The notes under the pieces: generated by a model
Seen by the model: the letters and a program-made list of their open reading frames with translations, nothing else
Told to the model about the DNA's origin: nothing
The model's database searches: none
Shown: positions 26,199 through 32,000 of the stretch, piece by piece
Position numbering within the stretch: position 1 is the first letter of the stretch
How the letters are laid out: each line of letters starts with the position of its first letter
Assembly (NCBI GenBank): GCA_964354495.1
Contig: CAYHAA010000012.1
Coordinates: forward strand, 60,001 to 92,000
Reading direction: 5' to 3'
DNA: 32,000 bases
DNA from: an uncultured archaeon
GTDB taxonomy: Archaea; Asgardarchaeota; Thorarchaeia; Thorarchaeales; Thorarchaeaceae
Program-made: the position numbers and the translations under genes

Positions 26199-26884
26199 AT
26201 GTCAGTAAATACGAACCTGCTCGTCCATACCCGTAGCGCATCGGAATCTACCTTGAGACTATCAGATATCATATCGATTGACAATGCGCCTTTCCTGTAT
26301 ATCTTGATATTCAACGGTTCTCCCTCACCCATCCCTTCCACACCGATGATAGTTGAATTGCCAGTGGCAGATGATGGCCCAGCATCTATGTACAAATCCA
26401 CTTCGTTACCTAATTGATTCAATGCCTCTTTCACATCAAATGGGCTGGGTCCTTGGCTCCTGTTTGCACTGGTTCCGACAATCGGACTACCTATCCTTTG
26501 AGCAATTCCTCTTGGTATGACATGATTTGGCACCCGTATTGCAACCGAATTTCGATCTGCTGTGATATGGCCCGGCACATTGGGTCTTGGCGTGACAATG
26601 AGTGTTAGCTGCCCTGGCCAGAATATCCGTGCAATTATCCTCTCAAGGCTTCCAAAGTCATGGTATGTCTCACATTGTGGAAGGTCTGCAAAGAGGAGTG
26701 GTACTCCTAATTTGCGGTCCCGCCTCTTGACAGCAATGAGGCGATCCAAAGCCTCTGGTATTCTTGCATCACAGCCGAGGCCATAGCTGGTGTCTGTTGG
26801 ATAGACGATTATACCGCCAGATCTGACAACTTCGGCAGCTCTCTCCATAGCTGCATCAGCGTTCTTCAGATCTTCCACAGTCAT
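26195..26884 (-). CDS. tsaC: L-threonylcarbamoyladenylate synthase, TsaC/YrdC-type (no SUA5 domain)
   Basis: Motifs 'VYPTDTSYGLGC', 'KRRDRK', 'FWPGQLT', 'VAIRVP' and 'GTSANRS'. Start is ATG 26884 or TTG 26899. Confidence 0.93.
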   Translation of the reverse strand: MTVEDLKNADAAMERAAEVVRSGGIIVYPTDTSYGLGCDARIPEALDRLIAVKRRDRKLGVPLLFADLPQCETYHDFGSLERIIARIFWPGQLTLIVTPRPNVPGHITADRNSVAIRVPNHVIPRGIAQRIGSPIVGTSANRSQGPSPFDVKEALNQLGNEVDLYIDAGPSSATGNSTIIGVEGMGEGEPLNIKIYRKGALSIDMISDSLKVDSDALRVWTSRFVFTDM

Positions 26885-26974
26885 GATTTGAGCTGTCAAC
26901 TGGCATCACATGTGCAACCCTGCAAACACACATATGGAACTTACGCTTCGTGTTGGTCAGCAGGAGGAATTGAT

Positions 26975-28015
26975 ATCCGCGGGGTGATTCTCGCAGCAGG
27001 AACAGGAAACCGTGCCCGTCCACTTACAAAATTCATCCCCAAGGCACTGCTGAATATCGCTGGAAAGACACTCTTGGGCAGGAATCTAGAAGAACTCTCT
27101 CGAGCTGGTATACGGGACATAACTGTCGCTATCGGGTACAAAGCAGCCATGATTGGGGGCTATCTCACTTCACATGGACCGATGATTCGCAGCGGATCCC
27201 GTGTCACAGCTGTCTCTGTGCCTGATTACAAAATTGGTCCTCTCCGAACAGCATTGACCGCCATTGAGAGCTTTGCGGATGACGAGTTTCTCATCACGCC
27301 AGTAGATGCTGTTGTCAGTAGCGATATTCTCTCTGACATGCTTAATCAGCATTCTAAGGCACCGACGAGCATGATACTGGCCGTTGACTTTACTGCAGAA
27401 TCAGGAACTCCTGTCTATGTCAGCAACAATGGCTTGATTGTTGGCATTGGCGACTCAGTACCTGCCGGCCAGTTCTCTGTGGGACGTAGTGCGATGCTCT
27501 TGATTGCTGATAGGACAATTGAGGAGTACTGCAGGTGTGCCCTCATGAAAGGTGAAAGTCATTTAGTGCCAGTTCTTAATCAGATGATTCTTGATGGTGC
27601 CGAAGTTGTCTGTTCTGATGTGCAGACACAATGGTATGATATTGACACATTGTCTGATGTATTAACAACAAACAGCCTCCTACTCAGGATTGGAGATGTG
27701 CAGGACTTAGGCAGTGGCTTCTTTATTCCCCTTGGTGATTCAATGGTAACTGATGGTCGGCTGGCCGTGAAGGATTCGAATATAGTTGTAAGCGAAGATG
27801 TCACCCTTCAGGGTCCCGTTCTGCTCTCTCCTGGCAGTAGAATCGAAGAGAAATGTAGAATTGGTCCGGACGTCACCATTTGCTCCTCCGCGAGGATTTC
27901 GAATGGCTGTGAACTTATCGACACCATTGTGCATGACAGCTCTAGAGTCCCACCTAACAGTCGGATTGAAAACGCGATTGTCTATGGTCGTCAGATATAC
28001 GAAGTGGAGTTGTAA
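26975..28015 (+). CDS. Sugar/polyol-phosphate nucleotidyltransferase with C-terminal left-handed beta-helix; start uncertain
   Basis: 'GVILAAGTGNRARPLTKFIPKALL', 'WYDIDT' and hexapeptide repeats. SD AGGAGG at 26962-26967 sits 7 nt before ATC 26975; other in-frame starts are GTG 26912 and GTG 26984. Confidence 0.85.
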   Translation: MRGVILAAGTGNRARPLTKFIPKALLNIAGKTLLGRNLEELSRAGIRDITVAIGYKAAMIGGYLTSHGPMIRSGSRVTAVSVPDYKIGPLRTALTAIESFADDEFLITPVDAVVSSDILSDMLNQHSKAPTSMILAVDFTAESGTPVYVSNNGLIVGIGDSVPAGQFSVGRSAMLLIADRTIEEYCRCALMKGESHLVPVLNQMILDGAEVVCSDVQTQWYDIDTLSDVLTTNSLLLRIGDVQDLGSGFFIPLGDSMVTDGRLAVKDSNIVVSEDVTLQGPVLLSPGSRIEEKCRIGPDVTICSSARISNGCELIDTIVHDSSRVPPNSRIENAIVYGRQIYEVEL

Positions 28016-28018
28016 CTA

Positions 28019-28627
28019 ATGCCTAGTAGGCTGAGAGTAAGAGGAATCTTCAAGGGCGCCGTCATGGTGATGGCACGACCCCTCGCTCGATTTAGAGTTC
28101 GTCCCGACACAATAACATACTTCACTCTCCTGCTTGCAGTCCTCGCTGCTCTCTCTCTCGGCCTCCTTCAATCCCAAATCCTGTATGGGATATTGGTCTT
28201 CTTCGTCGGTTTCTTTGATGGTGTTGATGGTGAAGTTGCCAGACTCAACCAGACAGCTACGAAAATGGGTGCATTAACCGACTCTGTTGTGGATAAGGTG
28301 GCCGAAGCGGTAGTCCTAGTCTGCATTGGAGTTGCCTATCCCACTACTGACCTGTTTGGAATGTCTGTTTCAATATGGGTGGCTCTCTGTGTCTTTGGAT
28401 GGCTCATGACCAGTTATGTACGAGCTCGAGCGGAGAGCCTTGGAGTGATGGATCTTGATATTGGCCTTGGAGGTCGGTCAGAGAGACTTCTCACTCTTGT
28501 TGGTTTCTCAATCTTTGGGTTTCTTCTCTGGGGACTAGTTGTCGTGACAATCATGGGACTTGGGACAGGGGCATATCGATACTACTACTACAGGCAAGAA
28601 CTGCTCAAGAAGTCACTGACTGCCTGA
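28019..28627 (+). CDS. CDP-alcohol phosphatidyltransferase (archaetidylinositol-phosphate synthase/PgsA-like)
   Basis: Signature 'FDGVDGEVAR...GALTDSVVDK', plus 'SYVRARAE' and 'GRSERL'. Confidence 0.92.
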   Translation: MPSRLRVRGIFKGAVMVMARPLARFRVRPDTITYFTLLLAVLAALSLGLLQSQILYGILVFFVGFFDGVDGEVARLNQTATKMGALTDSVVDKVAEAVVLVCIGVAYPTTDLFGMSVSIWVALCVFGWLMTSYVRARAESLGVMDLDIGLGGRSERLLTLVGFSIFGFLLWGLVVVTIMGLGTGAYRYYYYRQELLKKSLTA

Positions 28628-28699
28628 ACGCTGAACCATCATGCTTAAGAGCCAAGCACTAGACGCCGCTATAGAGCCAGCAAGCGGGGTCCCAAACCA

Positions 28700-29119
28700 A
28701 TGCCCAAGTTCAGAGCTGATCACTATCTCATTGCAGAATTCGACAGGATTTCGGATACTAGAAAAGTTGGAGAGCAGGTTCTCGAAGCACTCAAGGGTCT
28801 GCCAGAGTTCAAGGACCTTGCCATTGCTTCAAAGAAACTAGAGGGAAAGAGCTGGTCGGAAATATTGGGCCGAATTGATGTTCCCGCAGGATCCAGGGAA
28901 TTCTGGGCGATGATAAAGAAGGAGTTCTCTGAGCGGGAACCCTATCATCTTTTCATTCGCTTTGATATGAATGCAGAGGGAGAGAATATTGAGGCTGCTC
29001 GTGCCAATGTACGAGCGTGGATTGAGAAGAATGTCGCACCCAGAATAAGGGCAAAGACCTCAGTCAAGACACTGAAAGTTCTTCAGGCCATCGAGATATT
29101 CATGCCCAAGCTCGAGTAG
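28700..29119 (+). CDS. Hypothetical protein (139 aa)
   Basis: Clean ATG ORF with an alternating strand/helix pattern. No family recognised. Confidence 0.65.
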   Translation: MPKFRADHYLIAEFDRISDTRKVGEQVLEALKGLPEFKDLAIASKKLEGKSWSEILGRIDVPAGSREFWAMIKKEFSEREPYHLFIRFDMNAEGENIEAARANVRAWIEKNVAPRIRAKTSVKTLKVLQAIEIFMPKLE

Positions 29120-29122
29120 GAT

Positions 29123-30136
29123 TTATTCATCAATGAAGTCGATGACATACAGGCTGTTTCCCACTGCTTGTACTATCTCGCACCTCTTGTTCCCGTCGAT
29201 GTCTCCGATGGCTAGAATTGACTCTGTTGCCTTTTTTGATGTTCTTAGTGTTGTCTCTAAATTGATTCTCTTTTCGACAAGTGTCAGTAGTGCAATGTTG
29301 GAGTTGGCATGACTGATGACCATCTGACCTCGCATTGGCTCAAGATCCCAGAAGCGACCCATCTTGATCCCAGTGATAGTGTTAGGCGCTTTGATAGAGT
29401 CAATCCTCTCCATTGTCCCCTTCACAAGGCCAAACAGAGTAAGTGTCTTCGCGTCAGATACGGTCACTACCTCATCGTTCCCATCATCTGTGATGTCTCC
29501 GGAGGACAGGAGTTCAACGTCTCCTCCAACACTAGTTCTCGCTCTCTCGTGCAGTCTATCATCAGCATACTGATAGATATAGAAATACCCCGAATCGTCA
29601 CCAAAGATGAAACGATTATAGGGCAACATCTTTGTTCGCAGAGGCTGTATCGAGAATACCGGCCGCTCAAGCACCTTGTGTGCTAGCTTGTCAAGAGCAA
29701 CATCAAACCAACCATAGCATCGCATACTGCCATCGCTGGTAGCCACAACAACATCCACGCTCTCATTACCGAGAATGTTGAGAACTGACACAGATGTGGG
29801 AAGGCTGCCAAGAGGAGTTGAAGCCTTCACGCTGAGCTTATCGTCCAAATACACAACGACCCTGAGAGTGTTATCAAGCCCGCCCATGACAAAGTCAGCG
29901 ACGCCATCACCGGTGACGTCACCGATAGCAATGGCTGCCAGAGGTGGCATGTCCGCTAGACTGCATTGCTCAGCAAGCGGGTTCTTCTCAGATCTGTCGA
30001 ACTCGTAGACCCTTACATCCCCATTGAGCGTGGTCACAACAACGTTGCTCTTCCCTACTCCCTGCAGGTCCACCAGTTCGACGGAAGTGATTACCTCCTT
30101 GAAGGTAACCTTTGAAAAGACGTCGAACGTAGTCAT
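29123..30136 (-). CDS. FG-GAP/VCBS-type seven-blade beta-propeller without signal peptide
   Basis: Repeats 'DLQGVGKSNVVV', 'GDVTGDGVADFVMG', 'NILGNESVDVVVA', 'GDITDDGNDEVVT' and 'GDIDGNKRCEIVQA'. Confidence 0.8.
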   Translation of the reverse strand: MTTFDVFSKVTFKEVITSVELVDLQGVGKSNVVVTTLNGDVRVYEFDRSEKNPLAEQCSLADMPPLAAIAIGDVTGDGVADFVMGGLDNTLRVVVYLDDKLSVKASTPLGSLPTSVSVLNILGNESVDVVVATSDGSMRCYGWFDVALDKLAHKVLERPVFSIQPLRTKMLPYNRFIFGDDSGYFYIYQYADDRLHERARTSVGGDVELLSSGDITDDGNDEVVTVSDAKTLTLFGLVKGTMERIDSIKAPNTITGIKMGRFWDLEPMRGQMVISHANSNIALLTLVEKRINLETTLRTSKKATESILAIGDIDGNKRCEIVQAVGNSLYVIDFIDE

Positions 30137-30251
30137 GTAGGCGGTCCTCTTACAGTGATGGGTTGATTAGACACGTGAAGGACTCCGATACCATTTAAGA
30201 GTTATTGGACTGATAGGCCGTATCCGGAATTAATGTGTTTAAGAGCGAAGT

Positions 30252-30812
30252 ATGAGACCTGATACTATGGATGGAGACGCGGAACCACCAAAACTGAACG
30301 AGGATGAATGGTTCTCCACGTCCGAGACCATCGCCAAGGAGCTTCAATCCTTTGCTGATGAGTTTGGCTCCTTTACACCCCATCATTTTGCTCAAGTCAA
30401 CTTTCATCATCTTCGTAGGGAGGGTCTCACTAGGGCAACTCGTGATGAGTTGTGCGAGATCTCCATTCACATCAAGACCTGCCCCAAGTGTGAGCTCCTC
30501 TACGTTGCCAAGAATTGCCTACTTTGGTCCCGGCTGTACAAGATGGCGACCTGGGACATCGTAGAGAGAACGCCACCATGCATACGTTTGGCCTATGCGA
30601 AGAAGACAATCAAGACAGTCACGAACTACCTCGCAGCAGTAGGTCTTCTTGCGCCGCCATTTTACAAATTGCGGAGCGCTCCTTCCTGCAACTCTATGCG
30701 TCGCTGGGCGTATTGTCATCCTAATGAATACTGCAGAGCCATGAAGACCGATAACACCTTCGAGTATATTGCAGCTCGCGAACGTGTGAAGCTCTCGAGA
30801 ACACATTTCTGA
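30252..30812 (+). CDS. Cys-rich protein with PriL-CTD-like [4Fe-4S] motif
   Basis: 'PPCI...NYLAAVG...PSCNSMRRWAYCHPNEYC..MK..N..EY', plus N-terminal C..CPKC..C. A TTTAAG TATA-like element lies upstream. Confidence 0.65.
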   Translation: MRPDTMDGDAEPPKLNEDEWFSTSETIAKELQSFADEFGSFTPHHFAQVNFHHLRREGLTRATRDELCEISIHIKTCPKCELLYVAKNCLLWSRLYKMATWDIVERTPPCIRLAYAKKTIKTVTNYLAAVGLLAPPFYKLRSAPSCNSMRRWAYCHPNEYCRAMKTDNTFEYIAARERVKLSRTHF

Positions 30813-30893
30813 TATTATTACTCTTGTCATGGCTTATATATCGGACATGTCTTCCCAGTCTTGGGTCGGACTGCATTGCAAAGTGATACAGAT

Positions 30894-32000
30894 GTGAATG
30901 CCATCCAACTCATTCGCCTGACTGGTCTCAGGGAGAATGAGATTAACACAGCAAAGAAGGAGGGTGGTAAGAAATGGAGTAGAATAGACCAGTCTATACG
31001 GGAACATGAGCGTCTCATAGGAATGGGCGAGAAACATACACGACAAAAAGCCATCCAAGACCCTGTTCATGGAGCCATCATTCTAGATCCTTGGGAACTT
31101 GATGTAGTATCCTCTTGGGAAATGCTTAGGCTCCGCTATGTGATGCAGCTGGGACCAGCTCATATTGTCTATCCCGGAGCCACTCATACAAGATTTCAGC
31201 ACTGCCTTGGCACGAATTTCCTTGCTCAAAAGTCCATTCGAGTTGTGAACTACTGTGAGGACCTTGAGGGCGGTTGTTTCAAACCGTTTTCGGACTTGCT
31301 TGATGACTATCAAAAGAGGCTCTTCAGGGCTGCGGCTCTGCTCCATGATGTCGGTCATCCTCCGACCTCTCATACAATCGAGTATGCTCTGAAATCTTGG
31401 GCCGGCCTTGATCATGTTGACCTTGGAGAATTCTTGATCCTTAACAGTGGTCTCACTGACACACTCAGACAAAACGGCATTGACCCGAGAGACATCATGA
31501 ATATCATCAGACGGAAGACAAACGACCCTATACTGAACCTGCTAGCAGACTTTCTTGATCATCCCCTAGACATTGACAAGACCGACTATCTGATACGTGA
31601 TGCGCACTTCAGTGGCGTGCAGCTAGGTGTCTTTCCTGCCGAACGAGTTCTACTCACCAACCGAGTGGTCATGGATAAAGACGGAAGATACGTTCGAGCC
31701 TTCATGTTGAAGGCAATCTCTTCTCTCGAGGCTCTCATTCTTAGTCGCAATTGGATGTTCTCTGATCTCTATCTCCACCATGCTGTGAAACTTGCAGAGG
31801 CACTGACTTCAAAGGCGACGTACTTCAGAATGGAAGAGGAGGGTCTCTCAAAGAACGAGTGTATTGGTCTATTCACCAGAATGAATGATGGAGACCTGTA
31901 TCGCTGGCTCTCTGAATCTGATATCGCCTTTGTGAGAGAATATGCAGCGCGGATTCGCTATAGGCGGCTGTTCAAAGTTGCTCTCTCTAAGTCTCTCGCG
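30894..32000 (+). CDS. HD-superfamily phosphohydrolase, SAMHD1/YwfO/EF1143-like dNTP triphosphohydrolase family; 3'-truncated and absent from the ORF track
   Basis: My translation gives 'IQDPVHG', 'RLRYVMQLG', 'VYPGATHTRFQHCLG', 'AALLHDVGHPPTSHTIE', 'LDIDKTDYLIRDAHFSG' and 'RIRYRRLFK', with no stop to 32000. Start is GTG 30894 or ATG 31023. Confidence 0.92.
   Translation, partial: MNAIQLIRLTGLRENEINTAKKEGGKKWSRIDQSIREHERLIGMGEKHTRQKAIQDPVHGAIILDPWELDVVSSWEMLRLRYVMQLGPAHIVYPGATHTRFQHCLGTNFLAQKSIRVVNYCEDLEGGCFKPFSDLLDDYQKRLFRAAALLHDVGHPPTSHTIEYALKSWAGLDHVDLGEFLILNSGLTDTLRQNGIDPRDIMNIIRRKTNDPILNLLADFLDHPLDIDKTDYLIRDAHFSGVQLGVFPAERVLLTNRVVMDKDGRYVRAFMLKAISSLEALILSRNWMFSDLYLHHAVKLAEALTSKATYFRMEEEGLSKNECIGLFTRMNDGDLYRWLSESDIAFVREYAARIRYRRLFKVALSKSLA

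Noticed and set aside
30810-30812. The mini-PriL ORF and the HD ORF are in the same frame, separated by a single TGA, which could suggest Sec or read-through fusion
   Set aside because: The 27-codon linker is AT-rich with a TATA-like TTATATA (30834-30840), the TGA does not align to a catalytic Cys, and such an in-frame open gap arises by chance roughly one time in ten.
31083-31472. 129-aa minus-strand ORF in the track
   Set aside because: It is the antisense shadow of the plus-strand HD gene, which has clear family motifs.
1-32000. CRISPR arrays, tRNA/rRNA genes, transposases, integrases or defence systems
   Set aside because: No periodic repeats, RNA gene signatures or such protein motifs were seen, and no obvious compositional island.

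Overview
This 32 kb window is gene-dense archaeal chromosome with no CRISPR array, tRNA, rRNA or mobile element that I can see. Gene content and style suggest an Asgard archaeon, possibly Thorarchaeia, but that is inference only. In order it holds: (1) a partial AEC-family transporter; (2) a cluster A-I (ZnuABC/TroABC-like) metal ABC system with a NikR-family regulator and a candidate operator; (3) the conserved archaeal proteasome-exosome superoperon (psmA, SBDS, rrp4, rrp41, rrp42, rpl37ae, Brix, pcc1, pfdB, DUF3194-like, DHH), lacking rpoP and the usual upstream RNase P protein genes; (4) an ECF A-A'-T module; (5) a class II CPD photolyase followed by TPR, WD40, wHTH and hypothetical genes; (6) a histidine-utilisation cluster (long-type hutU, hutH with a Ser-Ser-Gly MIO triad, hutI); (7) PRT, cgi121, THUMP and tsaC genes; (8) a nucleotidyltransferase and CDP-alcohol phosphotransferase pair; (9) a cytosolic FG-GAP beta-propeller; (10) a miniature PriL-CTD-like Fe-S protein; (11) a SAMHD1/YwfO-like HD protein that runs off the right edge and is missing from the ORF track. 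The best leads are the mini-PriL plus HD-dNTPase pair, the BBS2/ITFG2-like propeller, a 7-blade WD40 gene that cannot start at ATG/GTG/TTG, the NikR-controlled ABC importer with an altered ligand set, and acidic tails shared by Rrp4, Rrp41 and eL43.
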